From assembly GCA_963812155.1 (NCBI GenBank), contig CAWETW010000004.1, positions 32,001-96,000 on the forward strand: a stretch of 64,000 nucleotides of DNA. The letters run 5' to 3'. The stretch comes from Vulcanimicrobiota bacterium (GTDB taxonomy: Bacteria > Vulcanimicrobiota > Vulcanimicrobiia > Vulcanimicrobiales > Vulcanimicrobiaceae). The position numbers were made by a program, and so were the translations under genes. The notes beneath the pieces are model-generated. The model ran no database searches. It saw nothing but the letters and a program-made list of their open reading frames with translations, and was not told the DNA's origin. Positions 43,355 through 52,618 of the stretch are shown piece after piece. Position 1 is the first letter of the stretch, and the number at the start of each line of letters is the position of its first letter.

Positions 43355-46300
43355 TCACGACGCCCGTTCGCGGACGGCGGCGGCGTTGAAGTAGGCGGCG
43401 CGCGGATGATGGATGACGATCGCGGCGGTCGACTGTTCGGGGACGAGCTGGTGCGCTTGCGTGAGCGTTACACCGATGCGTTTGCCGACCTCGAGCAAAC
43501 GAAACACGGTTTCGTGTTGGGCGAGATCGGGACAAGCGCCGTAGCCCCACGAGTACCGCTTTCCGCGCTCGGCATCGATGCCGAGTTCGCGGCGTATGCG
43601 CCGGTGAACGTACTCGGCGAGCGCTTCGGCCGATTGAACCGAGAAGCCGTGAACGAAGTACGACTCGCCGTACTCGCCGGCGGTGTAGAGCGCTTCGGTG
43701 CGCTCGGCCGCGCGCTCGCCGACCGTCACGACCTGCAATGCGACGACGTCGGCTGCGGCGCCGCCCGCCGGGGCACGCAGATAGTCGGCGAGGTTCAAGT
43801 GCTCGCCGCCGGCTTGACGCGGAAAGGTGAAACGCGCGATCTCGCGCGATCGATTTTCGGGGTGGAAAAGCACGACGTCGTTGCCCTCGCCGGCCGCCGG
43901 AAAGTATCCATACGCCGCGCGCGGCTGGAGAAATCCGTCGGTCTGCGCCGCCGTCCGGTAACGGTTGAGACGCGGCTCGAAATCGTCGCGCAGAAGCCGG
44001 TCGTAGGCGTCGCCTTTGGTGTTGGCCGCACCCCACGACAGCCGGAAGAGGCTGCGCAAGTCGAAGCACGGCCAAAGCTCGCGCACGTCGATATCGTCGA
44101 TGGTGCGCGCACCCCAAAACGGCGGCTCCGGAACGTCTGCCGGCTCGGACTTCACCGCTGAAGGAAGGCTTCTCGCCACGGGGCGCGGCGCGCTCGCGCG
44201 GTCGCGCTGCGCGAACGCTTCGTGACGCGTTTTGTCGAGGAGTGCGCCGCGGCGCGCATCGCCGCCGGTCAGCTCGTCCATCAGCGCGAGCCCTTCGAAC
44301 GCATCTTTCGCATAGAAGAGTCCGGGATCGAAGAAACGCGCGCCGTCGTCGAGCAGCGCGATACGCCGGCCGAACTCGCGATTGATCGCGGCGCCGCCGA
44401 CGATGACGGGAAAGTTCATGCCGCGCGCATCCTGTTCCGCAACGCAAATCGGCATCTGCTTGCTGGTGGATACGAGCAGCGCGGAAAGGCCGATGGCGTC
44501 GGCTCCTACTTCCACGGCCTTCTCGAGGATCGCGTTCATCGGAACTTGCTTTCCGAGATCGTGCACGGCGTAGCCGTTGTTCGTGAGAATCGTATTGACG
44601 AGGTTCTTCCCGATGTCGTGCACGTCGCCGAAGACCGTCGCGAGCACGACCGTGCCTTTGGCGGTGCCTTCTTTTTTCTCCAGAAACCGTTCGAGATGCG
44701 CGACGGCCTTCTTCATGACTTCGGCCGACTGGAGCACGAACGGCAAAATCAGTTCGCCGCGTCCGAAGCGGTCGCCGACGTCCTTCATGGCCGGCAGCAA
44801 CATGTCGTTGAGCACCTCGACCGGCGTCCGCTGCGTCAGCGCTTCGTCGATCTTCGCTTCGATGCCGTCCTTGCGCCGGTGCAGAATCGCCTTCGCGATG
44901 CGCTCCTCGATCGGAACGCCCTCGTCGTCGGCCGCCGTGGAAGCGCTCGCGGTCGCCTCGACGTTCTCGAAGCGTTCGATGAGACGGGCCAGCGCGTCGG
45001 GCCGGCGATTGAAGACGAGGTCGTCGCAACGCTCGCGCAGTTCGCCGTCGATTTCGAAGTACGGCGTGATGTCGTGCGGATGCACGAGCGCCATGTCGAG
45101 GCCGGCTTCGACGCAGTGGTGCAGAAAGACCGAGTTGAGCGCGGCGCGCGCGGCCGGTTTGAGGCCGAAAGAAACGTTGGAAATACCGAGCGACGTCAGG
45201 ACACCGGGCAACTCGCGCTTGATCGCCGCGATGCCTTCGATGGTCTCGAGCGCCGACGTGAGAAACTCTGCCTCTCCGGTGGCCAGCGTGAACGTGAGGG
45301 CGTCGAAGATCAGCGCGCCCGGCGGAAGCCCGTATTCCTCGACGGCGATGGCGTAGATGCGTCGCGCGACGTCGAGTTTACGTTCGGCGGTCTTCGCCAT
45401 GCCGGTTTCGTCGATCGTCAGTGCGATGACGGCCGCGCCATGCTCGAGTGCGAGCGGCATCACGACGTCCATTTTGGCGCGGCCCGATTCCAAATGGACG
45501 GAGTTGACGACCGCGCGACCGGGATAGTTTTGAAGTGCCGCTTCCAGCACGGCCGGTTCGGTGGAATCGACCACCAGCGGCGCTTCGATCGACTGCGCGA
45601 GTTTGCGCGTTACCTCGACCATCTGCGCCGCCTCGTCGGCTCGTTCGGTCAAGGCGCAACAGACGTCGAGCAGATGGGCACCGCCCTCGACTTGCGCGCG
45701 CGCGACCAGCACGATGTCGTCGTACTTCTCTTCGAGCAGCAATCGCTTGATGCGCCGGGAACCTTGACTGTTGATTCGCTCGCCGACGATGAGCGGCCGC
45801 GGCTCCTGCATTAGCGACACGCCCGTCATTGCAGAAGCAGCCCACTGCGGGCGCTCGTCGGAACGCCCGCTCGCTCGCATTGCGCAGACCCGTGCCGCGC
45901 GCCGCGCGCCAGCGTTTTCCGACCCGAGCTCGGCGACGGCGCGCGCGATTGCTCGCACGTGTTCGGTCGTCGAGCCGCAGCAACCGCCGACGGCGTTCAC
46001 GCCGAAATCCGCAACGAACCCGGCCAGCTCGTTGGCGAGCTGCACGGGAGTTTCGGGATAGATCGTCTCGCCTTTCGGCCCCATCAGAGGAAGCCCGGCA
46101 TTGGGAATGACGCTCACGAAACAGCGCGAGTTCTCGCACATGTACCGCACGGAGTCGCGCATTTGCGTCGGCCCGGTCGAACAGTTGAGCCCGATGACGT
46201 CGATCGGCAGCGCATCGAGCGTCGCGACGATCGCGCGCATGTCGGTGCCCAGGAGCATGCGCCCTTCTTGAATGAGGGTGGGCTGCGCTTGAATCGGAAC

Positions 46301-46867
46301 GCGTCGCAGGCCTCGCTGGAACTCACGGACGATTCCGGCGATCGCCGCTTTGAGTTCCAGCAGATCCTGCATCGTCTCGAGCAGCAGCAGATCGGCGCCG
46401 CCCTCGACCAGCGCGCGAGCCTGCTCGCCGTAGACGTCGCGCAGCTGCTCGTAGGTCACTTTCGACAGCGCCGGATCCGAGGAGGAAATCAGCATGCCGG
46501 TCGGGCCCATCGCGCCGGCCACGAAGCGCGGCCGTTCGCCCGTCGCAAACTCGTCGCAGGCTTTGCGGGCGAGTTCGGCGGCGAGCCGATTGATCTCCAC
46601 GGTCCGTTCGCCTAAGCCGTACTCGTCGAGTTTCAAACGTGAACCCATGAACGAGTCGGTCTCGACGACGTCGGCACCGGCGGCGAGGTAGGCGCGGTGA
46701 ATCTCGTGCACGATGTCGGGGCGCGTCAGCACGAGCGCCTCGTTGCATCCCTGGCAGCGCGCGCCGCCGAAGTCGCCGGCCGAGAGATCGAGCGCCATGA
46801 GTTGCGTGCCCATGGCACCGTCAAAGATGAGCACCCGCTCTCCGAGCAGGCGCAGGTAATCCGACAA
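43355..46867 (-). CDS. metH: Cobalamin-dependent methionine synthase
   Basis: DGAMGT, GLNC, GGCCG, VGERIN, DVHDIGKNLV (B12-binding) and RYSWGYGACPDL motifs. Confidence 0.96.
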   Translation of the reverse strand: MSDYLRLLGERVLIFDGAMGTQLMALDLSAGDFGGARCQGCNEALVLTRPDIVHEIHRAYLAAGADVVETDSFMGSRLKLDEYGLGERTVEINRLAAELARKACDEFATGERPRFVAGAMGPTGMLISSSDPALSKVTYEQLRDVYGEQARALVEGGADLLLLETMQDLLELKAAIAGIVREFQRGLRRVPIQAQPTLIQEGRMLLGTDMRAIVATLDALPIDVIGLNCSTGPTQMRDSVRYMCENSRCFVSVIPNAGLPLMGPKGETIYPETPVQLANELAGFVADFGVNAVGGCCGSTTEHVRAIARAVAELGSENAGARRAARVCAMRASGRSDERPQWAASAMTGVSLMQEPRPLIVGERINSQGSRRIKRLLLEEKYDDIVLVARAQVEGGAHLLDVCCALTERADEAAQMVEVTRKLAQSIEAPLVVDSTEPAVLEAALQNYPGRAVVNSVHLESGRAKMDVVMPLALEHGAAVIALTIDETGMAKTAERKLDVARRIYAIAVEEYGLPPGALIFDALTFTLATGEAEFLTSALETIEGIAAIKRELPGVLTSLGISNVSFGLKPAARAALNSVFLHHCVEAGLDMALVHPHDITPYFEIDGELRERCDDLVFNRRPDALARLIERFENVEATASASTAADDEGVPIEERIAKAILHRRKDGIEAKIDEALTQRTPVEVLNDMLLPAMKDVGDRFGRGELILPFVLQSAEVMKKAVAHLERFLEKKEGTAKGTVVLATVFGDVHDIGKNLVNTILTNNGYAVHDLGKQVPMNAILEKAVEVGADAIGLSALLVSTSKQMPICVAEQDARGMNFPVIVGGAAINREFGRRIALLDDGARFFDPGLFYAKDAFEGLALMDELTGGDARRGALLDKTRHEAFAQRDRASAPRPVARSLPSAVKSEPADVPEPPFWGARTIDDIDVRELWPCFDLRSLFRLSWGAANTKGDAYDRLLRDDFEPRLNRYRTAAQTDGFLQPRAAYGYFPAAGEGNDVVLFHPENRSREIARFTFPRQAGGEHLNLADYLRAPAGGAAADVVALQVVTVGERAAERTEALYTAGEYGESYFVHGFSVQSAEALAEYVHRRIRRELGIDAERGKRYSWGYGACPDLAQHETVFRLLEVGKRIGVTLTQAHQLVPEQSTAAIVIHHPRAAYFNAAAVRERAS

Positions 46868-46878
46868 CGCTTTCTTTC

Positions 46879-47883
46879 CTACCGCGCTTCCTCCGCGCCG
46901 GCGACGGCCACGCGAATTTCTCCGACCGCGAGACCGGCTCGATTATACACGACCGGCAGCGCGAAGCGAGCGAGTTTCATCGCGGCCGGCTCCTCAATCG
47001 CGCCGAGCCGGCGCAGTGCGGAAATCGTAGAGGGAGCGCGCGCGCGTCCGGCACCGTCGAGCACCTTCGCAGCGTAACCGAACCCGCGGTCGACGGCGGC
47101 GACGCCGTGGATGCCTTCGGCGCCGCCCTTGCACGCTATCGCCCCGCCGCACGCCTGCATGAGCACCGTATCGAATTGTCCCGTTCCGGCGACGTATTCG
47201 GGATAGGCGATCATTGCGTCGCGCACGACGCGCAGCGCCTCCGCGTCGGCCGGCCCGACGCCTTCGAGCGTCGCCATCCGCGCGAAGGCCAGCGCGGCGC
47301 GGCGCAGCGGCGTAGCGTAGACGGGAATGCCGCATCCGTCGACGCCGAGCGGCCACGTCGCGGCGTCGTCGCCGGAAAGGCGCGCGCAGTACGCGAGAAT
47401 GCGTCGCTGCGCGGGATTGCCGGCTTCGAGATAGGTTGCGGTGTCGCAGCCGATCGCCACGCACAGGGCGAGAATGCCGGCGTGCTTGCCCGAGCAGTTG
47501 TTGAAGAGGGGCGTGAGCGGGGCGCCGCTGCGCGCGAGTGCTTCCGCGGCGGCTACGTCGTAGGGAGGGTGGACGCCGCACTGCAACGCGGACTCGTCGA
47601 GACCGATCTTCTTCAGGATCGACGCAACGGCTTCGACGTGGAACGGTTCGCCGAAGTGCGAGGCAGCCATGACGGCGATCTCGCGGGGATCAAGTCCGAA
47701 ACGCTCGCAAACGCCGGCTTCGACGGCGGCCGCGGCAATGAACGGCTTGGCGGCTGAGCGCAAATAGACCGGCGCGTCCACGTCGCCGTCTTCGAGCAGC
47801 GCGCGGCCGCGCGCATCCACCGCGCACGCTGCGACGCGATGCACCGACTCCACAAGACCTGCGCGCGTCACTTCAACTCTCAT
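46879..47883 (-). CDS. L-asparaginase II (Rhizobium etli-type, class 3)
   Basis: RAGLVESVH, RSAAKPF, ASHFGE, NNCSGKH, DGCG and KGGAEG motifs. Confidence 0.9.
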   Translation of the reverse strand: MRVEVTRAGLVESVHRVAACAVDARGRALLEDGDVDAPVYLRSAAKPFIAAAAVEAGVCERFGLDPREIAVMAASHFGEPFHVEAVASILKKIGLDESALQCGVHPPYDVAAAEALARSGAPLTPLFNNCSGKHAGILALCVAIGCDTATYLEAGNPAQRRILAYCARLSGDDAATWPLGVDGCGIPVYATPLRRAALAFARMATLEGVGPADAEALRVVRDAMIAYPEYVAGTGQFDTVLMQACGGAIACKGGAEGIHGVAAVDRGFGYAAKVLDGAGRARAPSTISALRRLGAIEEPAAMKLARFALPVVYNRAGLAVGEIRVAVAGAEEAR

Positions 47884-47893
47884 CAGGAAGCTG

Positions 47894-47977
47894 CGATTTA
47901 TTCCAACTCGTTGTCAGCTCGGGGCTCCTTTACCATAGTAAAGTTCACCCCTCGCTTCCTAGATTTGGAATAAATCG
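47894..47977 (-). other. Long inverted-repeat/hairpin element between cysK and the asparaginase gene
   Basis: Perfect 13-bp arms CGATTTATTCCAA / TTGGAATAAATCG with nested stems AGC/GCT, GGGG/CCCC and CTTTAC/GTAAAG. Confidence 0.7.
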
Positions 47978-48013
47978 ACGTTTCCTTTCACGTCCGTTCT
48001 CATCACGTCCGTT

Positions 48014-48976
48014 CTATGTCAGGGCTGGTTCTACGACGATAGCTTCTTGCTCGGCGAACACCGGGTTGCTCAAATAACGCTCGCCGGTATCGCAGCCGAT
48101 CGTCACGATCGTTTTCTCTTTCGACTCGGGACGTTGCGCAACGCGCAGAGCGGCCCAGACGTTCGCGCCGGCAGAGATGCCGACGAGCATGCCTTCTTCG
48201 CGCGCGAGCCGCCGCGCCGTTGCAATCGCATCGGCGTCGGTGACGCGAATCACTTCGGCGTAGACCGCCGTGTTGAGAACCTTGGGAACGAAGCCGGCGC
48301 CGGTTCCCTGAATTTTGTGCGGTCCCGGTTTCCCACCGGAAAGCACCGGCGAAGCCTCGGGTTCGACCGCGATCGTCAGCACGCTCGGCTTGCGCGCTTT
48401 GAGGATCTCCCCCACGCCGGTGATCGTTCCGCCGGTACCGACCGCGGCGACGAAGACGTCCACCGCGCCGTCGGTGTCGCGCCAGATCTCTTCGGCCGTC
48501 GTTCGGCGGTGAATTTCCGGGTTGGCCGGATTTTCGAACTGCTGCGGTACGAAATATTTTTCGGGTGCGCTCGCTACGATATCGGCCGTCCGCTGGAGCG
48601 CGCCGGGCATGCCTTGCACGCCCGGCGTCAGCACGACTTGCGCGCCGTACGCTTTGAGCAGGTTGCGGCGCTCGACCGTCATCGTGTCGGGCATGACGAG
48701 GATGACGGGATAGCCTTTTGCGGCGGCGACGAAGGCCAGCGCGATGCCGGTGTTGCCGCTAGTCGGTTCGAGAATCGTCATGCCGGGCGACAGCCGGCCG
48801 TCGCGCTCGGCGGCTTCGATCATCGAAACCCCGATGCGATCCTTGACCGATCCGGCGGGATTGAACGACTCCATCTTCACCAGAACGGTTCCGGCGATTC
48901 CGGCGTTGAGCCGCGGAATCTTGACCAGCGGCGTGTTGCCGACGGTGTCGGCTAAGTTTTCGTAGATGCGCGCCAT
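48014..48976 (-). CDS. cysK: Cysteine synthase A
   Basis: [34 protein letters not shown] and DTGERYLS motifs. Confidence 0.96.
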   Translation of the reverse strand: MARIYENLADTVGNTPLVKIPRLNAGIAGTVLVKMESFNPAGSVKDRIGVSMIEAAERDGRLSPGMTILEPTSGNTGIALAFVAAAKGYPVILVMPDTMTVERRNLLKAYGAQVVLTPGVQGMPGALQRTADIVASAPEKYFVPQQFENPANPEIHRRTTAEEIWRDTDGAVDVFVAAVGTGGTITGVGEILKARKPSVLTIAVEPEASPVLSGGKPGPHKIQGTGAGFVPKVLNTAVYAEVIRVTDADAIATARRLAREEGMLVGISAGANVWAALRVAQRPESKEKTIVTIGCDTGERYLSNPVFAEQEAIVVEPALT

Positions 48977-49096
48977 AGTGCTGTGATTAACCTCCGCCCG
49001 GCTGCCAGCGTTTCACCCGGGCACAAAACGTCCTTCGATGCTTGCTTGCGATGAGAAGCCGGATGCTCGCGCCGCCACGGGGAAACGACGAAAACT

Positions 49097-50839
49097 ATGG
49101 AGAGATTCTCGCGCTTACGCCGGATCGCCGCGGCGTGCGCCCTCAGTGCCGCAGCGCAGTGGCCGGCGAACGCTGCGGCGCAACCGGCGCATCCGTCAAT
49201 GGACGACGCGCTGGCCGCCATCCGCGCGTACGCGCCCGCTGCGATGGAGTATCAGGGTGCGCCCGGTCTGTCCGTCGCCATTACCGACCGGAGCAAAACG
49301 CTGGCCGTGTTGACCCTTGGATACGCCAACACCGACACGCGCGCCCCCGTTACGCCGGCAACGCGTTTTGCGATCGGCTCGATTACGAAGTCGATGACGT
49401 CGCTGGCAATGATGCAGCTGGTCGATGCCGGCAAACTTTCACTCGACGCCACGATACGGCGTTACCTGCCGTGGTTCTCGATCGGCGGCGGCTCGGCCGT
49501 CGACGTCGGCGAGCTCTTGTCGCATACCGGCGGGATTCCCGACGATTTCGCATCCGAGTACGGTTACGCGTACGACATCGAGGCGCTCCGAAGCGCGAAG
49601 GTGCTCTTCGCACCGGGAACGGCGTGGTCGTACTCCAACGATGGGTACGCGACGGCCGGCGAAATTCTCGCGGTGCTCGACGGGCGGCCGTGGAGCGCGT
49701 CCGTGCAAGCGCGCGTTCTCGACCGCATCGGGATGGCCGACAGCGCGCCGGTATTTACGCCCGAAACGATGGCGACGGCGGCGGTCGGCTATCAGTGGCT
49801 CTACAACGACCGTCCCGGATCGCTTCATCCGCCGCTGGTTGCGTCGCCGGTGTTGGATTTCGTCGATCCCGCCGGTTCGGTGCTATCGACGCCCGAGGAC
49901 ATGGCGCGCTACATGCGCCTGTACCTCAATGGCGGTAAGACCGAGAGCGGAACGCCGGTAATTTCGCCGGTGTCGTTCGTTTCGATGACGACCGCTGCGC
50001 GCTACCTCAACGGCAAACCGGCGGGCTCGCCCACGCCGGTCCTCGACGAGGCGCCGGAGTTTTACCGCCAATACGGCTTGGGGCTGTCGGTCTTCGATTC
50101 CGGCGGCGACCATCTGGTCGGACACACGGGCGGCATCTCCGGCTACACGGCGTGCATGCAGATAAACCTTACCCGCGGCTTCGGCGTCGTTGCGATGAGC
50201 AACCTCGTCGAAGCGCCGCTGCATCCGTGCGCGATCGTGCTCTACGCGATGCGCGTGCTGCGCGCCCAAAGCGCCGGCGATCCGCTTCCGCCGCCTCCTG
50301 CTGCACTCGACCCGGCGCACGTCGCCGATGCGGCAGACTACGCCGGAACCTATACCGCGCCCGGCGGAGCCGCGCTGACCGTCGCCGCCGAAGGCGACCG
50401 GTTGACGCTCGTGGACGGCGGCGATCGCATTGCGCTCTATCCGCGCGCTCCAGACCTCTTCTGGGCCGACGATCCGCGCTTCGCTACGTATCTCGTTGAA
50501 TTCGGGCGCGACAAAGCAAAGCACGTCGTCGAGCTCACCTACGGATCGCAGTGGTATCCAAACGAACGATATGCCGGCCCGCGCGCGTTCGCGCACCCTG
50601 CTTCGTGGGATGCTCTCGCCGGACGGTACGAAAATGTGTTCTTCGGCCAACCCGAGATCGCGCGCGTCGTCATCGTCAAGGACCACTTGACGTTCGACGG
50701 TGTCGACGCGCTCGAACCGCGGCCCGACGGAAGTTTCGCGATTGGAACGTCGGTCGTGCGCTTCGACGCGTTGACGGGCTCGCAACCGCAGCGTCTCACG
50801 ATCGACGCCACCCCGCTCTATCGCGTGGCCCTCCCGTAG
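49097..50839 (+). CDS. Secreted serine hydrolase, beta-lactamase/AmpC-like family
   Basis: Signal peptide; FAIGSITK (SxxK), LLSHTGG, WSYSN and GHTGG motifs. Confidence 0.9.
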   Translation: MERFSRLRRIAAACALSAAAQWPANAAAQPAHPSMDDALAAIRAYAPAAMEYQGAPGLSVAITDRSKTLAVLTLGYANTDTRAPVTPATRFAIGSITKSMTSLAMMQLVDAGKLSLDATIRRYLPWFSIGGGSAVDVGELLSHTGGIPDDFASEYGYAYDIEALRSAKVLFAPGTAWSYSNDGYATAGEILAVLDGRPWSASVQARVLDRIGMADSAPVFTPETMATAAVGYQWLYNDRPGSLHPPLVASPVLDFVDPAGSVLSTPEDMARYMRLYLNGGKTESGTPVISPVSFVSMTTAARYLNGKPAGSPTPVLDEAPEFYRQYGLGLSVFDSGGDHLVGHTGGISGYTACMQINLTRGFGVVAMSNLVEAPLHPCAIVLYAMRVLRAQSAGDPLPPPPAALDPAHVADAADYAGTYTAPGGAALTVAAEGDRLTLVDGGDRIALYPRAPDLFWADDPRFATYLVEFGRDKAKHVVELTYGSQWYPNERYAGPRAFAHPASWDALAGRYENVFFGQPEIARVVIVKDHLTFDGVDALEPRPDGSFAIGTSVVRFDALTGSQPQRLTIDATPLYRVALP

Positions 50840-52518
50840 AAGACTTCGCGCGAACCGCACGAGCGATTGCGGCGACGAGTGGGAAACTCGAAAAGACGTC
50901 TTTGCTCGCCGCATATTTGGCAACGCTCGGCGATGCCGATCTTACGGCCGCGGTGCATTTTTTTACCGGCAACCCGTTTGCGGCACGCGACCGGCGCACG
51001 CTGTCGCTGGGCGGACGATCGATCGCCAACGTCGCGCGGCGTGTGTGGGAGTTCGACGATGCCGCGCTCGGCGCGGCGTATCGCGAAAGCGGCGATCTAG
51101 GAACGGCGCTGGGGACGTTGATGCGGCCGCCGCGCGAAACGGCCCTTTTCGGCGAACGCCTGACGCCGGCGTCGCTGAGCGTGCTCTTCGGCGAAATCGG
51201 CAACGTGACCGGCGATCGTGCGGGCAAACGGCGAGAAGCGATTTTCGAACGCATCTTGCGCGCCTGCGGCGACCCGCCGGTCGCAGCCTACGTCGTAAAG
51301 ATTGCGACCGGGGATTTGCGCGCCGGGTTGCGCGAGGGTCTGGTGCTCGACGCAATCGCAAAGGCGTTCGGCACCGAACCGGCCGCCGTACGCCGCGCGA
51401 TGATGGCCAGCGGCGACGCCGGCGAAGTCGCCGTTGCTGCGCGCCACGGAAGGCTCGGCGAACTGCGCGTCGCGTACGGAACGCCGATCGGCTTCATGCT
51501 GGCGTCGCCGATATTTCACGCCGACTCGTACGGCGAACTCGACGCTGCATCGTGGCTGGTCGAGGATAAGTATGACGGCATTCGCGCACAGGCGCATATC
51601 CGCAGCGGTTCGGCCCAACTCTTCTCTCGGCGGCTCAACGACGTCGGCGAATCGTATCCGGAAATCGTTGCCGCTTTGCCGCAAGCCGTGACCGGCGACG
51701 CGATTCTCGACGGCGAGATCCTGGCAATGCGCGACGGTGGGGTCCTGCCGTTTCGCCTGCTGCAAGCCCGCCTGCAGCGCAAGAAGGCCGACGAAGCGCT
51801 GCTGCGCGACGTTCCGGTTGCCTACGTCGCATTCGACCTGCTGGCAGCAGGCGACGAGCTATTGCTCGACGAGCCGCTGATTCGCCGGCGCGAACGGCTC
51901 GCGTCGCTGCTGCGTACCGGCGATTGCGTCGTGCTCGCGCCGTACGCCGGCATCGAAGGCGACGGCGCGGACGTCAACGCGCGTTTCGAGGCAGCGCGCC
52001 GGCGCGGCAACGAAGGTCTCGTGCTCAAACGCGATGACTCACCCTATGCGCCGGGCCGGCGCGGCAAGTGGTGGCTTAAACTCAAGCGCGAGCTCGCGAC
52101 GCTCGACGTCGCCGTGGTCGCCGTCGAGTGGGGGCACGGCAAACGCTCGCAGGTGCTCTCCGATTACACGTTCGCGGTTCGCGACGGCGAGAAGCTGCTG
52201 GCCATCGGCAAAGCGTACTCGGGACTCACCGACGCGGAAATCGCCGAATTGACGCCCTGGTTCCTCGAGCACCGCCTGCCGGTCGCGCAGCGCCGCCGCA
52301 ACGCACGGGGATCCGAAATTCCGGTCGAGCCGAAGGTCGTCCTAGAAGTTGCGTTCGACGTCGTCGCGCGCAGCGAACTGCACGAAAGCGGCTTCGCCCT
52401 GCGCTTCCCGCGCATCGTTCGCATTCGCGACGACAAACCCGTCGAGGATATCGATACGCTCGATCGCGTCAACGAAATCTACGAGCAAATGCTCGCGAGG
52501 GAGTCTCCCTCACGATAG
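50836..52518 (+). CDS. ATP-dependent DNA ligase (LigB-like)
   Basis: EDKYDGIR, ILDGEI, AFDLL, EGLVLK, WLKLK, GKAYSGLTD and LRFPRI motifs; start codon unresolved. Confidence 0.92.
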   Translation, partial: VEDFARTARAIAATSGKLEKTSLLAAYLATLGDADLTAAVHFFTGNPFAARDRRTLSLGGRSIANVARRVWEFDDAALGAAYRESGDLGTALGTLMRPPRETALFGERLTPASLSVLFGEIGNVTGDRAGKRREAIFERILRACGDPPVAAYVVKIATGDLRAGLREGLVLDAIAKAFGTEPAAVRRAMMASGDAGEVAVAARHGRLGELRVAYGTPIGFMLASPIFHADSYGELDAASWLVEDKYDGIRAQAHIRSGSAQLFSRRLNDVGESYPEIVAALPQAVTGDAILDGEILAMRDGGVLPFRLLQARLQRKKADEALLRDVPVAYVAFDLLAAGDELLLDEPLIRRRERLASLLRTGDCVVLAPYAGIEGDGADVNARFEAARRRGNEGLVLKRDDSPYAPGRRGKWWLKLKRELATLDVAVVAVEWGHGKRSQVLSDYTFAVRDGEKLLAIGKAYSGLTDAEIAELTPWFLEHRLPVAQRRRNARGSEIPVEPKVVLEVAFDVVARSELHESGFALRFPRIVRIRDDKPVEDIDTLDRVNEIYEQMLARESPSR

Positions 52519-52562
52519 CGCCGCGCCCTTCCGTGTTATCCCGAACGCACCGGCGAAGCCTA

Positions 52563-52608
52563 TGTCATCCTGAGCGGAGCACCGCAACGCGGTGCGCAGT
52601 CGAAGGAC
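52563..52608 (+). repeat. REP-like palindromic extragenic repeat, copy 2
   Basis: TGTCATCCTGAGCGGAGCACCGCAACGCGGTGCGCAGTCGAAGGAC; matches the copy at 10523-10566; lies between convergent genes. Confidence 0.75.
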
Positions 52609-52618
52609 GAAGGACGCG

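Noticed and set aside
46868..48013. SAM or SAH riboswitch controlling metH
   Set aside because: No SAM-I (ATC..GAG..GAGGGA..GGCCC) or SAH (GAGGAGCG..AGGCTC) consensus seen by eye; an Infernal search would be decisive.
47988..48015. CRISPR-like direct repeats
   Set aside because: Only two 13-bp units 2 nt apart, with no spacers and no cas genes.
48980..49030. Hairpin GCCCGG..CCGGGC just upstream of the cysK Shine-Dalgarno as a riboswitch
   Set aside because: A short GC-rich stem is expected by chance and no family consensus was recognised.
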